A stretch of 64,000 nt of DNA from a virus. The translations under genes were made by a program, and so were the position numbers. Each line of letters begins with the position of its first letter. Position 1 is the first letter of the stretch. Below the pieces are notes generated by a model, which saw only the letters and a list, made by a program, of their open reading frames with translations, made no database searches and was not told the origin of the DNA. The DNA is taken from IMG/VR virus record IMGVR_UViG_3300032268_001296, positions 48,198 to 112,197 of that record; one strand, 5' to 3'. Positions 1-9,973 of the stretch are shown here, piece by piece.

Positions 1-290
1 AACTGCTCAAGATACTTCATTCGATTTCCATGAAAGAATTTAACATATTTAGTATGCTGAGCGCCCTGCACTTCAATTGCAACTTTTTTGCTTGCGTTGT
101 AAAAGTCAAAAGAAAGCCGAGTTCCGACTAATTTGAATTCCTCAAAAACAATATCAGATCTCCAGTAAGGATATAAAAAATCCTTAACAGAGAACTGAAA
201 CTTGCTCTTACTTTCCGCTTCCCATTTTACCAAATACTTCCTTGCATTTCTAAGCTCAGCTGTCGATCCAGAAAGAGTTTTAAACTTCAT
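1..290 (-). CDS. PD-(D/E)XK / Vsr-DUF559-like endonuclease, truncated by the window edge
   Basis: Hand translation from ATG at 290: MKFKTLSG...EEFKLVGTRLSFDFYNASKKVAIEVQGAQH. The D...EVQGxxH pattern is typical of Vsr/DUF559 nucleases. Confidence 0.65.
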   Translation of the reverse strand, partial: MKFKTLSGSTAELRNARKYLVKWEAESKSKFQFSVKDFLYPYWRSDIVFEEFKLVGTRLSFDFYNASKKVAIEVQGAQHTKYVKFFHGNRMKYLEQ

Positions 291-1413
291 TAGAAATTGT
301 TTTTTTAAAGTAATTAGTCAAGAAATCACAGAGCTTTTTGTCTGACTCGATAAAGCTGAAAAGAGCGTCTTGACCTTGGATCTTTTCAAACGGAGGGAAT
401 CCATTTTCTTGCAGAAGCTCATTAAACTCTTCTGTCGGAGAAATCCAAGAAGTCTTTTTGGTCAAAAATTCCCAAAGGAACAGCAAATCAACAATTTCTT
501 TTTCCACCCAAATAGAGCTTCCATTTGTTCTTCCATATTTAATTGGATAGGGAATTGTTAGATTTGTTTTTTCGTTTGGTGATTTTTTGACAGTGACTTT
601 TGCAAAGTGTCCAACAATTGGATTGTTCACCAAATCGATTTTGTTTTCAGCTGGATTTTTAAGAATCAAATCTCCCTTGTTTCTCGGTTCAAATTCAAGA
701 ATCCAGTTGGCAAAGTGAAGAAGCGCGTTTCCTCCTGTTGCAGAAGTTTGACGAATAGGAGCTTTTGAATATGGATCTAGCTTAATATCCGCTCGAACTT
801 GACTAATGAATACAGCAATATGCCCACGCTTTGCCAAACCAATAGAAAGACGCTTCATGAAGTTTGCAGCAATTACAGCTCCTCCAGCAACCTTATTTGA
901 ATCTTCAAAGCTTTTGTCTAAGTCCCCTTTGGAAATGAGACCGTCAACAGAATCGAGAAGGAAATAATAAACATTTCCTTCTTCGTTTTTTGCAACCAAT
1001 TGTCTCATTACATCGACAACTGTTTCATAAATATTGCTTTCAAATACGAAGCAAGTTCCTTGTTCCCATTCATCTGCACTAAAAACAAACTTGATTCCAG
1101 ATCGCTCCTGCATTTCTTGAGAAAGCCGACCTTCTGCTTTAATATAAAAGCCTTTTGCTTTTGGAGTCTTTTCTAAGAAATTTTTCATAAAGGAAAGAGC
1201 TGCACTTGTCTTGCCTCCCTCATTCATTCCAACAAATCTATGCAGACCTGGCCCAAGACCACCTCCTAAATGAAGATCTAATTGAAGAGAACCGCTAGAG
1301 ACTTTGTAGTCAATGGCTTCTTCAAAATTGTAGTGATCTGTAGCGTTTTGCTTTAAAAACGAATTTAAAATATCGCTTGACTTCTGGACTTCTTTTTCTT
1401 TGGCTTTACTCAT
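280..1413 (-). CDS. recA: RecA/UvsX-like recombinase
   Basis: SSGSLQLDLHLGGG, Walker A GMNEGGKT, Walker B LLDSV, VFISQVR, TGGNALLHFA. Confidence 0.9.
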   Translation of the reverse strand: MSKAKEKEVQKSSDILNSFLKQNATDHYNFEEAIDYKVSSGSLQLDLHLGGGLGPGLHRFVGMNEGGKTSAALSFMKNFLEKTPKAKGFYIKAEGRLSQEMQERSGIKFVFSADEWEQGTCFVFESNIYETVVDVMRQLVAKNEEGNVYYFLLDSVDGLISKGDLDKSFEDSNKVAGGAVIAANFMKRLSIGLAKRGHIAVFISQVRADIKLDPYSKAPIRQTSATGGNALLHFANWILEFEPRNKGDLILKNPAENKIDLVNNPIVGHFAKVTVKKSPNEKTNLTIPYPIKYGRTNGSSIWVEKEIVDLLFLWEFLTKKTSWISPTEEFNELLQENGFPPFEKIQGQDALFSFIESDKKLCDFLTNYFKKTISNEV

Positions 1414-1756
1414 GTAAAAAATCTTTAATTGTTTTAGTTAATTTGGGAACATGACAGTCATCCCCAACCTTATCACCTAGATGATAATCTTCATACTTAG
1501 AAAGATCAACACAATAATTAAAAGCTCTGAATTTTTGATCCATAGTTTCTTTTAGTTTATCGCATGCTATATAAGCCAAAGAATCAAACTTTCTGTCAAA
1601 AGAAACGATATTCATAAACTCAAGAGAATACCTTTCGCATAGATCATTTAAAAACTTCATTTCTCGCATATAAAACAAACGCTTGTCCTTTTGAGGAACA
1701 AGCGTAAGTCTGGCAAGTATGTGTTTTTTGTTGATTTTAGACTTGGCCATGCTCAA
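1406..1756 (-). CDS. hypothetical protein
   Basis: 116-aa ORF overlapping both neighbours in the operon. Confidence 0.6.
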   Translation of the reverse strand: MSMAKSKINKKHILARLTLVPQKDKRLFYMREMKFLNDLCERYSLEFMNIVSFDRKFDSLAYIACDKLKETMDQKFRAFNYCVDLSKYEDYHLGDKVGDDCHVPKLTKTIKDFLHE

Positions 1757-2786
1757 GTTTATACTCGTTCAAATCATTTGCAACCATTTTTTTGACCAAA
1801 TCTTTGAACGAAGTTTTTGGAGTCCAACCTAATTCATTGCGAGCTTTAGTAGAATCTCCCAATAAAAGTTCCACTTCTGCTGGTCTATGAAACTTAGAAT
1901 TAATAACTAAAAGAACTCTACCAGTTTCGTTTTGACGAAATTCTTCTTGCAAACCATCGCCAAACCAAGTTCCTTTTATTCCAGCAGCTTCAAACGCTAA
2001 TTCAACGAATTCACGAATGGAGTGGGTTTCATTGGAAGATAAAACGTATTCCTTTGGTTCTTTTTGATTAAGCATTTTCCAAACTCCATCTACAAAATCT
2101 TCTGCATCACTCCAATCTCTAAGCGCATCTAGATTACCTAATTCAAGAAGAGAAAAGGATTCTTGTTTGTCTATTGCGTTTTTTATTCTCGCTACATTTT
2201 TAGTGATTTTGCGAGTTACAAATTCTTCTCCTCTGCGAGTGCCTTCGTGATTGAATAACCAGCCCTGAATTGCATAAAGATCATACGAGTCTCTATATAC
2301 TTTAACCAAATGTCGAGCAGAGGCTTTTGCTGCTCCATAAGGACTACGTGGACGAAGAGGATGCTCCTCTGACTGAGGAACAGTCACTACGTCGCCAAAC
2401 TCTTCAGAAGAGCCAGCATTGTAGTATTTACACTTTGGAGCAAATTTTCTAATAGCTTCTAGTTGATACAAAACTGGCATACAGTTTGTATTAAAGTGAT
2501 GTGTTGCCATAGTCCAGCTATTACCGACAAAAGAATTTGCAGCAAAATTAATAAAATAATCTGGTTTTTCTTGCCTTATTATTTCTTCAACATTTCCCTG
2601 ATCAGTTATATCCAGATCGACTAACTTAAATCTTGGATTATGTATGAGATTTTGAATGTTTTTATGATTTGGAACACTCAATCTTCTTACTCCACCAATA
2701 ATGATATGATTTGTATTTTTGATGAGGTATTCCGCCAAGAATGAGCCGTCTTGACCTGTTACTCCAGTTATGATTATTTTTTTCAT
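1737..2786 (-). CDS. gmd: GDP-mannose 4,6-dehydratase
   Basis: ITGVTGQDGSFLAEYL, PRSPYGAAK, FNHEG, FVTRKIT, LGNLDALRDW, RPAEVELLLGD. Confidence 0.93.
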   Translation of the reverse strand: MKKIIITGVTGQDGSFLAEYLIKNTNHIIIGGVRRLSVPNHKNIQNLIHNPRFKLVDLDITDQGNVEEIIRQEKPDYFINFAANSFVGNSWTMATHHFNTNCMPVLYQLEAIRKFAPKCKYYNAGSSEEFGDVVTVPQSEEHPLRPRSPYGAAKASARHLVKVYRDSYDLYAIQGWLFNHEGTRRGEEFVTRKITKNVARIKNAIDKQESFSLLELGNLDALRDWSDAEDFVDGVWKMLNQKEPKEYVLSSNETHSIREFVELAFEAAGIKGTWFGDGLQEEFRQNETGRVLLVINSKFHRPAEVELLLGDSTKARNELGWTPKTSFKDLVKKMVANDLNEYKLEHGQV

Positions 2787-3274
2787 GAATCTCTTTTACT
2801 TAAAATAGGATTATCAATTGGCCAATGAATATTATATTTTGGATCATTCCATTTTAATGTGAATTGATCGTCGCAGTCAATATAATTTCCATCATATGAT
2901 AATTTATAATTATAAACGCAAAAATCAGAAAGAACCAAAAAACTATTTCCAAATCCAGCTGGGATTAATAATTGTTTTTTATTTTCAGAACTTAAAATGA
3001 AAGTTTTATGCTTTTCAAAATCTTTTGAATCTTTTCTATTATCTACTATTACAACAAAAATTTTGCCCCAAAGACATGTTATTAATTTTGTTGTAGAAAA
3101 ATCTCCGTGAATTCCTACTAAGCTATTTTTGCATCTAGTAGCGATTTTATCATGATTGAATTTAATTTGATGATCTTTTTGATCAAAAATAGTATAAATC
3201 TCTCCTCTAAAATCTTCGAAAGATGTAAGTGTATATTCTTTTATATCGTTCAAGCTTTTCATATTGGCTTCCAT
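2783..3274 (-). CDS. rmlC: dTDP-4-dehydrorhamnose 3,5-epimerase family (cupin)
   Basis: FEDFRG, GIHG, VIVDNRKDS, QLLIPAGFGNSFLVLS, WNDP..I.WP...PILSKRD. Confidence 0.85.
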   Translation of the reverse strand: MEANMKSLNDIKEYTLTSFEDFRGEIYTIFDQKDHQIKFNHDKIATRCKNSLVGIHGDFSTTKLITCLWGKIFVVIVDNRKDSKDFEKHKTFILSSENKKQLLIPAGFGNSFLVLSDFCVYNYKLSYDGNYIDCDDQFTLKWNDPKYNIHWPIDNPILSKRDS

Positions 3275-4170
3275 ATTACGAGGGTGTGACCTTCTATGAA
3301 TTTACTTCCATAATTAAGGCGCTTTACATCTAAGATAATAATTTTCTCTTCTTTTTCAAGTTCTCGAAGTCTTGTTAAATAATTTTTTAAATAATTGCGT
3401 TTTTCAAAATATTTCTTTGTAAGATAATCTTGCAAAATATTATCGTCTAAAACTTCAGAAATAGGCTCAAAATTAATACAAAGATCTGGCTTTTTATCAA
3501 GAATATAATTAATAAATTTATCGTGTTTTTCTCCAATTTGTTCTAGAGATGCTACTGTATAAATGCATGAGCCAGAAATATCTACTGAATAATCTGGATC
3601 AAAATAATTAAAATTTTTAGCATCTACATTTTTTATTTGATTAGATTCGCAATAAGAGCGAATAGCTTGCTGAGATGAATCCGTCCAATCTAGACCGCAA
3701 AATTGTTTATCTCCCCATTCTTTTCTCAAACGGAAAAGATGATATCCTGTTCCACAACCAAATTCAAATATTTTGTCAAACTTTTCTGCATATTCAAAAA
3801 GTACAGCATCAACAAAAAAAGAATTTAACTGGTAATCAAAATCTTGAATATAATTTTTAATAATTTTGCCATTAAATTTAGCAATATTATTTTTCGTATG
3901 ATACTTTGGAATTAATGAAGAAAATTCACCAGAATCTACGAACTCGGAAACATTTTCAGCCCAACCTCTTTCCCATTGATCTTTACGCGAATCTCCTGCT
4001 TGAATCAAGTCTTTGTTAAGGGTTTTGATATATTCGAGAATATAGTCTTTAAGATCCTCGATTGAAAGATAATTATAGATCAAGCGCGAACTTGCTATTC
4101 TTTTAATCAAATTTCTATTCTTGATTCGGAATCCTAAACTTTTTTCAATTGTTTTTTTATTGACTATCAT
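3259..4170 (-). CDS. class I SAM-dependent methyltransferase (probably sugar-modifying)
   Basis: Motif I FEFGCGTG, then GLDW; lies inside the sugar cluster. Confidence 0.75.
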   Translation of the reverse strand: MIVNKKTIEKSLGFRIKNRNLIKRIASSRLIYNYLSIEDLKDYILEYIKTLNKDLIQAGDSRKDQWERGWAENVSEFVDSGEFSSLIPKYHTKNNIAKFNGKIIKNYIQDFDYQLNSFFVDAVLFEYAEKFDKIFEFGCGTGYHLFRLRKEWGDKQFCGLDWTDSSQQAIRSYCESNQIKNVDAKNFNYFDPDYSVDISGSCIYTVASLEQIGEKHDKFINYILDKKPDLCINFEPISEVLDDNILQDYLTKKYFEKRNYLKNYLTRLRELEKEEKIIILDVKRLNYGSKFIEGHTLVIWKPI

Positions 4171-5077
4171 GAGCGAGATTTTTTATGCCTTGATATAAAG
4201 GAATTGTGTTGAGCGTTCCAAATTCTTTTTCATATCTTTCGATAGATACTATAACATCTTTAGGGCTATCTTTAAAGCTATTTTTTGGATCGCCAAGTTT
4301 TATTTTTCTACTAAATACGTCGGCAACAATTTGAGCTATTTCTTTAATTGTTGTTTTTTCTGATCCTCCAATGTTATATAGATTATTTTTACTAGATTTT
4401 GTAATATTAGCAATAGCTGTTATACAATCATCGATATGGATATACCTTCGGATCGCTGAGCCATCATCCATTAATTGGATATCCCCGCTTCTAGCCTTGT
4501 TTATGAACTCTGAAAGGACTCGTTTATCGTCTTCTTTGAATCCCTTACCGTAGCAAAGGCATATTCTCAAACTTTTAGCTTCAATCCTAGAATTAAAACT
4601 TAAAATAGACTCACCAAAAAGTTTACTAAGAATATAACAATTTCTTGAGTTATGAGGGTTGATTGTGATTGGAGAGTCTTCGGTATTTAATTCTGATCCA
4701 GAATATACTTCGCTACTACTCATAAAAATAAACTTCCCACCATCAATAACTTTTTCAGAAAGTTTTTGAGTCGATAGTGTATTTAAAGAAAAAGTCTTTT
4801 CTGGATTCATGCAAAACTTTTGCGGTTGACCATAACCAGCACAATGGAAAATGACATCAAACATTGGTAGCCTTTTGATGGCATCTAAGTCTGTTATGTC
4901 GAAACGATTTAGGATAAATGAATTATTTTTAAAATCTTCTGCTATATCTGATAAATAGTTTAAAAAGATTTCACAATTACTTGATGATCTGATAGACTTA
5001 GCCAAATTCGAGCCAATAACCCCAGATCCACCAGTAATTAATATTTTTTTGTTATTTAAAAAAGAAAAACTATTCAT
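4157..5077 (-). CDS. NAD-dependent epimerase/dehydratase (extended SDR)
   Basis: ITGGSGVIG, SSSEVY, YILSK (YxxxK), RRYIHIDD, YNIGG. Confidence 0.88.
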   Translation of the reverse strand: MNSFSFLNNKKILITGGSGVIGSNLAKSIRSSSNCEIFLNYLSDIAEDFKNNSFILNRFDITDLDAIKRLPMFDVIFHCAGYGQPQKFCMNPEKTFSLNTLSTQKLSEKVIDGGKFIFMSSSEVYSGSELNTEDSPITINPHNSRNCYILSKLFGESILSFNSRIEAKSLRICLCYGKGFKEDDKRVLSEFINKARSGDIQLMDDGSAIRRYIHIDDCITAIANITKSSKNNLYNIGGSEKTTIKEIAQIVADVFSRKIKLGDPKNSFKDSPKDVIVSIERYEKEFGTLNTIPLYQGIKNLAHDSQ

Positions 5078-5796
5078 AAATTTTGCTCTACAGTCAATAT
5101 ATTAGATTCGGAATATTCTTTCACTTCATCATTTCTTGTTAAAGAAAATTGATTATTTTCAGACCAAAGATTAATTATAACTGGCCTATCTACACCCCAA
5201 AATTTACTGCATAGACTGCTATTATCTTTTTTTTGAAATTCAGTATTTTCATTGCAGATATAATCAACAAATACTGTTTTATACCCAGCTAAAGAAAGCC
5301 TCATATATAAATCTAATTCACCCATTACTCCCATAAATCTTCTATCTATTCCTCCAACTTTTTTATAAGCCTCTCTAGGGTAGAGCCCACAGACAGGCAA
5401 AAGAGGTAAATAATTTGAAGCTTGACCAGCAATATTTTGATATTGAGTATAATCGAGATGTATATCTTGATAGTAATGACATGTGGCCATAGAACTTGGA
5501 TTATTTTTTACCACATCATACATTGCTTCAATAGCTCCATCTTGGTAATCAATATCATCTACAATCTGCAATAACATTTCTCCTTCACAAAAAAATGCTG
5601 AAGCGTGTTGGCATTGAGATGGCTTTAAATCACTTTTAAAAAATCTAATTTCAGGCGGCAATTCAAAATCTGGTTCAATTGGACCAACAATTACTATTTC
5701 AAAATTTAAATTTGTTTTAGCAATCATTTCGTGTATTCTCATCCATCTATAGGGTCTAATAGATGTCATATAAGCACTAATATTAATTTTTTTCAT
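5074..5796 (-). CDS. putative glycosyltransferase (GT-A/GT2-like)
   Basis: FEIVIVGP, VDDID acidic motif, VGGIDRRF, DLYMRL. Confidence 0.65.
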   Translation of the reverse strand: MKKINISAYMTSIRPYRWMRIHEMIAKTNLNFEIVIVGPIEPDFELPPEIRFFKSDLKPSQCQHASAFFCEGEMLLQIVDDIDYQDGAIEAMYDVVKNNPSSMATCHYYQDIHLDYTQYQNIAGQASNYLPLLPVCGLYPREAYKKVGGIDRRFMGVMGELDLYMRLSLAGYKTVFVDYICNENTEFQKKDNSSLCSKFWGVDRPVIINLWSENNQFSLTRNDEVKEYSESNILTVEQNL

Positions 5797-6676
5797 AAAT
5801 TTTTTGTAACTGTTTGATTATTGATTCATCATCAAATTGCAAATAACAATCTATATTTTCTTTTTTTCCATATTTTTCAATAAATAATTTAGGAATTGAA
5901 ATACAATTTATTGACTCTATGTTTTTAACACTTGTCGCTATTTTAGATAAAATACCAGAATCATAACATGGTTCTATTATTGTTATATTTTTGATAATAT
6001 CGTTATTGTATATAATGCTATTTAATTTAAAAATATCAAATTCTGAAATATTTGTTGTATATAAAATGGTACAATTTAAATTTGACAATTTATTAAAGTC
6101 TTTTATTGCATTTCCAACAATAATACATATGCCATTTTTATTTAAATTCAAAATCTCAAGGTCTTCATAATTATTTTTTATTAAATTTAAATTATTTTCA
6201 GTTTCTGATAATCTAATATATTTAGGATGTTTGATATTAATATTTTCATTAATAATATTTTCTACATCTTTTGAATTTCCAGGACAATATGTTTTAAAAT
6301 TTGGTATAGATGAAATTATTCTAAGATCATTTGGACAATGGTGAGTACATCCTAATGCTGCATAATCATATGAATTGCCGACACTAACAACAAAAGCATT
6401 TACATCTTCATACCCAAAATTTAATTTTAATTGTTCATAACATCTTTCTGTTATGAACGGAGCTATTGAATGAATAAATGGTATAAATCCACTTTTAGAT
6501 AGTCCACAAGCAACTCCAATCATTGATTGCTCCATAATACCCATGTTATATATTCTTCTGCAATCTAAATCAAAACTATCTTTAAATGAAAAAACTCCTA
6601 TATCTCCTAATAAAATAGATATTTTTTCATTATTTTTAAATAATTTATTAAGATAATTATAAAAATGTTTTCTCAT
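5783..6676 (-). CDS. split transketolase-like ThDP enzyme, C-terminal (pyrimidine-binding) subunit
   Basis: NMGIMEQSMIGVACGL, ERCYEQLK, LGCTHH, PKYIRL. Confidence 0.85.
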   Translation of the reverse strand: MRKHFYNYLNKLFKNNEKISILLGDIGVFSFKDSFDLDCRRIYNMGIMEQSMIGVACGLSKSGFIPFIHSIAPFITERCYEQLKLNFGYEDVNAFVVSVGNSYDYAALGCTHHCPNDLRIISSIPNFKTYCPGNSKDVENIINENINIKHPKYIRLSETENNLNLIKNNYEDLEILNLNKNGICIIVGNAIKDFNKLSNLNCTILYTTNISEFDIFKLNSIIYNNDIIKNITIIEPCYDSGILSKIATSVKNIESINCISIPKLFIEKYGKKENIDCYLQFDDESIIKQLQKIYEKN

Positions 6677-6682
6677 ATTGAT

Positions 6683-7423
6683 TTATAAGTTATTTATTAT
6701 ATTCAGATATTCAATTTCTGATGATGGATATTTATGGTGCCATTCTGGATTGTTTTCCATTATTTTACATCCAAAACCTTTAACAGTATTTAATTGAACG
6801 AATTTTGGCAATTCATTATTTTCAAATTTATTAAAAATTTTTGATATAGATTTTTGATTATTTCCATTTTTTACTAAAAATGATTCCCATCCAAATGATT
6901 TAAATTTATTAACACAAGAATCTAGTTTAATAGCTCTTTCGCCTGACTTATTAAAGTCCATGATACATATTAAATTATCTAATTTATAAGTAGATGCTAT
7001 TAATGCTGATTCCCAAATTGTGCCTTCATTAGCTTCTCCGTCGCCAATTAAACAATAAATATTACCAGATTCATTTTTCATTTTCTTTGCTAATGCTAAT
7101 CCCACGCAAAAAGGAAGTCCGTGGCCAAGTGATCCAGTAGATAATTTAATTTCTTTAATTTTTTTAGAAGAAGGATGCCCTCCTAAAATAGAACTCTCTT
7201 GAGAAAAACTATAAAAGTCATCTTCTGTTATAATTTGTTTTTCGAGAAAAATAGCATATAGAGCTAAACTTGCGTGACCTTTGCTCAGAACGAATTCATC
7301 ATTATCTGTTTTTTTATTGAAATATAAAAAGTACAAAAAATCTAATATAGAAAGAGCGCTAGCTATATGTCCTTCTTTATTTAAATAAGAAGTTTTTATT
7401 ATATTTTTTATAAGTTTTTTCAT
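6683..7423 (-). CDS. split transketolase-like ThDP enzyme, N-terminal subunit
   Basis: GHIASALS, FVLSKGHA, STGSLGHG, ThDP motif GDGEANEG...N, TVKGFG, WHH. Confidence 0.9.
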   Translation of the reverse strand: MKKLIKNIIKTSYLNKEGHIASALSILDFLYFLYFNKKTDNDEFVLSKGHASLALYAIFLEKQIITEDDFYSFSQESSILGGHPSSKKIKEIKLSTGSLGHGLPFCVGLALAKKMKNESGNIYCLIGDGEANEGTIWESALIASTYKLDNLICIMDFNKSGERAIKLDSCVNKFKSFGWESFLVKNGNNQKSISKIFNKFENNELPKFVQLNTVKGFGCKIMENNPEWHHKYPSSEIEYLNIINNL

Positions 7424-8148
7424 TTATTAAGTAAATATTTATATTTTTCTTTAATTATTTCAGCTTCTTTTGAATTTGAAGATTGACTATTTGTAGATAA
7501 ACCATTTGGATTATAGTAATAAGATCCAATAATTTCATAAATCTTATCAAATCTTGCTCCTTGGCTTAAACATCTTAGCCAAAAATCGAAATCAGAAGCT
7601 GTTGGGTATTTATTATCAAAATAGCCTAACTTAGTATGAAGACTTTTTCTCCAAACGGGAAGGCAATGAGGAGAATTATTTATCATCATTGATTCTGGAG
7701 TTACAATATCACATGGATATATATCTTTTAAGTTATTATCTTCAAAACTCTCATTTTCTTTATAACTCCATGCTACATAACCATAACAAATATCACATAG
7801 TGGATTATTTTCCATATAGTCAATTTGTCTTTTTAATGAAAAATTACTTCTTCTATCATCTACATTCCAAATTGAAATAATATCTGAACTCGATAAAGTG
7901 ATTCCAATATTTAGAGTATCAGTTACAGAAATTCTTTCTGGTAATTTTTTATATACAATGCTATTATGTTGATAGTTATTAATTATATCACTTGTCGAAT
8001 CTGTAGAATCTGCATCAAGTAGTAAAATTTCTATTTCATTTATGCAATCTTGATTTAACACGTTTTTAAGAAACTGATGAAGAAATTTTTCACCATTATA
8101 TATTGAACAAATTACCGTAGCCCTAGGTTTAAATTTAAATTTATTCAT
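7420..8148 (-). CDS. glycosyltransferase family 2
   Basis: SIYNGEKFL, LLDADSTDST, NVDD, SDFDFWLR. Confidence 0.85.
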   Translation of the reverse strand: MNKFKFKPRATVICSIYNGEKFLHQFLKNVLNQDCINEIEILLLDADSTDSTSDIINNYQHNSIVYKKLPERISVTDTLNIGITLSSSDIISIWNVDDRRSNFSLKRQIDYMENNPLCDICYGYVAWSYKENESFEDNNLKDIYPCDIVTPESMMINNSPHCLPVWRKSLHTKLGYFDNKYPTASDFDFWLRCLSQGARFDKIYEIIGSYYYNPNGLSTNSQSSNSKEAEIIKEKYKYLLNK

Positions 8149-8150
8149 TT

Positions 8151-8957
8151 TTATAAAAGTTGTTGTTTTGCTGCTTTTTTAAATGAGTCTAAGTCGGATT
8201 GACTAAGGTATATGTTTACGTAAACTTTAGAGCGAGGCAATACATAAATTTTCCCATATCTAGATATGTCATAACACATATTCACATGATCACAATGAAA
8301 GTCGCTATGCCATCTAACTTTATTAAAAATATCTGATTTAATAAAAGCGAAACCACCAAAAGAACTCATTGTTATGATTGGCTTTCCTAATGACCAGTTA
8401 AATCTATCTTCTTCTCTAATAAATGGAGAATCACTCCAGTATAATCCAGCATTACCATATGCATCTCTAAATGCATACGTATCATAATATGAATCTAATG
8501 AGCTATTGAAAGTTAAATCTGCTATATTTTGTCTAACATTGGCTGTAACCATAACAGCATCATCTAATTGATTTATGTTTTCGAAATGCATCAGAAAATT
8601 ATCATTATTGAATTCTATGTCAGAATCAATCAATAAAGAATAGTCAAACTGATTTTCTTGAGCTAGACTTTTGCATTTATTTCTACACTCGCAAAGAAAT
8701 TTCATTCTTTCTGGATCGGCAGTACTTCCAAATTTAGGAGCATTTAAAATCTCAGACAAAAAAGACCCATTTCTTTTACTCATCCATTCAGATAAAATTT
8801 CAACTGTTTTGTCTTTAGAGTCATTCTCGTAAAAAAAATAAGAGAACTCAAAGCCATCAATAGACTCTAAATCCTCTAATTGTTTGAGAGTTTTAAAAAT
8901 TGTCTGTTCTGAATCTCTCCAAATACAAAATACTGATACTTTTTTAACCATGCTCAA
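8151..8957 (-). CDS. GT-A fold glycosyltransferase
   Basis: FYENDSKDKT, RNK, DxD motif LIDSDI, YDTYAFRD, SSFGG, CDH. Confidence 0.7.
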   Translation of the reverse strand: MSMVKKVSVFCIWRDSEQTIFKTLKQLEDLESIDGFEFSYFFYENDSKDKTVEILSEWMSKRNGSFLSEILNAPKFGSTADPERMKFLCECRNKCKSLAQENQFDYSLLIDSDIEFNNDNFLMHFENINQLDDAVMVTANVRQNIADLTFNSSLDSYYDTYAFRDAYGNAGLYWSDSPFIREEDRFNWSLGKPIITMSSFGGFAFIKSDIFNKVRWHSDFHCDHVNMCYDISRYGKIYVLPRSKVYVNIYLSQSDLDSFKKAAKQQLL

Positions 8958-8971
8958 TGCATGATAATAAA

Positions 8972-9943
8972 TCAGAGATCGTCTTCTTCAATAAAAACTT
9001 GAACCTCTGACAAATATGTCCACTCTCCAAGGATTTCTTCTTGATCTACAAAGGTAGAATCATCCCAATCCCATTCTGTATCATCTTCATCACTCAAAAG
9101 AATTTCTTCTGAAGCTAGAGAAGAAACAGGTTTCTTACTCCAAAACTTACAGCTCCAGTAGCGAGCTTTCCACTTTGGCCCAACATTGGTATCGCATTGA
9201 TGACGGGCTCTGAAATTTTTTCTGCGATTTGGATCGTCTCTTCGAATTTCCATATTTGGATCTCCAAACTTGACCATAACAACGTTCCCCTTGTCATTCT
9301 TAACATATACGCCGAATTTCTTATTCGATCCGCTAGGAAGCCTGAACGGCTTGTTAAGAGTCTTCTTTTCAGCTTCGGAATAATCTATATCAAATAAATC
9401 GATATTAGCTTCTTCATCAAGATCAACATTCGCTTTGATCAAATCAATTCGAGCTAAATCAAAATCAATAGAATCAAACTGCCAAAAAACATCTTCTGGT
9501 TTTTGCTCGTAATACAACTCCTCGCCCTTAGCGACATCTTGATCTGCGGCACGATAAGAATCTTTCACTTTTCCACCTCTCATCATCTTCAAAAACATAT
9601 TTACTCTAGCCATAGCCCAACTACTTCTGCTTTGACCTGGACGATGAGAAGACGAAAAAGCTCCAAGACCTCTTCTATAAACTTTCTTTAATTGAGATAA
9701 AGAAACTTTCTTTTCGTACTTTTCATTATGAGAATTGACTTTTTCCTGAAGAGAATTAACAACTTTTTCAGCAAATTCTATTTTCCCGCCATCAGTTCCA
9801 GCAGATCCTTTTTTGTTTTTATCTGAACCTGTTTTTTGATCTGATTTTGGAGCGGGAGTTTGAGCTGCGCTTTTTGGCCCAGATCTTTTTGCTTCTGAGT
9901 TATCAAATAACTCTTTAATTTTTAAAGAAAAGTCAACTTCCAT
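8972..9943 (-). CDS. conserved two-domain phage protein with basic domains and an acidic tail, function unknown
   Basis: VYRRGLGAF..HRPG..WAMARVNMF domain plus KKFGVYV..VKFGDPNM..RRKNFRARH..ARYWSC.W domain; GTGTAA motif upstream. Confidence 0.6.
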   Translation of the reverse strand: MEVDFSLKIKELFDNSEAKRSGPKSAAQTPAPKSDQKTGSDKNKKGSAGTDGGKIEFAEKVVNSLQEKVNSHNEKYEKKVSLSQLKKVYRRGLGAFSSSHRPGQSRSSWAMARVNMFLKMMRGGKVKDSYRAADQDVAKGEELYYEQKPEDVFWQFDSIDFDLARIDLIKANVDLDEEANIDLFDIDYSEAEKKTLNKPFRLPSGSNKKFGVYVKNDKGNVVMVKFGDPNMEIRRDDPNRRKNFRARHQCDTNVGPKWKARYWSCKFWSKKPVSSLASEEILLSDEDDTEWDWDDSTFVDQEEILGEWTYLSEVQVFIEEDDL

Positions 9944-9973
9944 ATATAAGATATATTACACTTTTTTTTTGTT

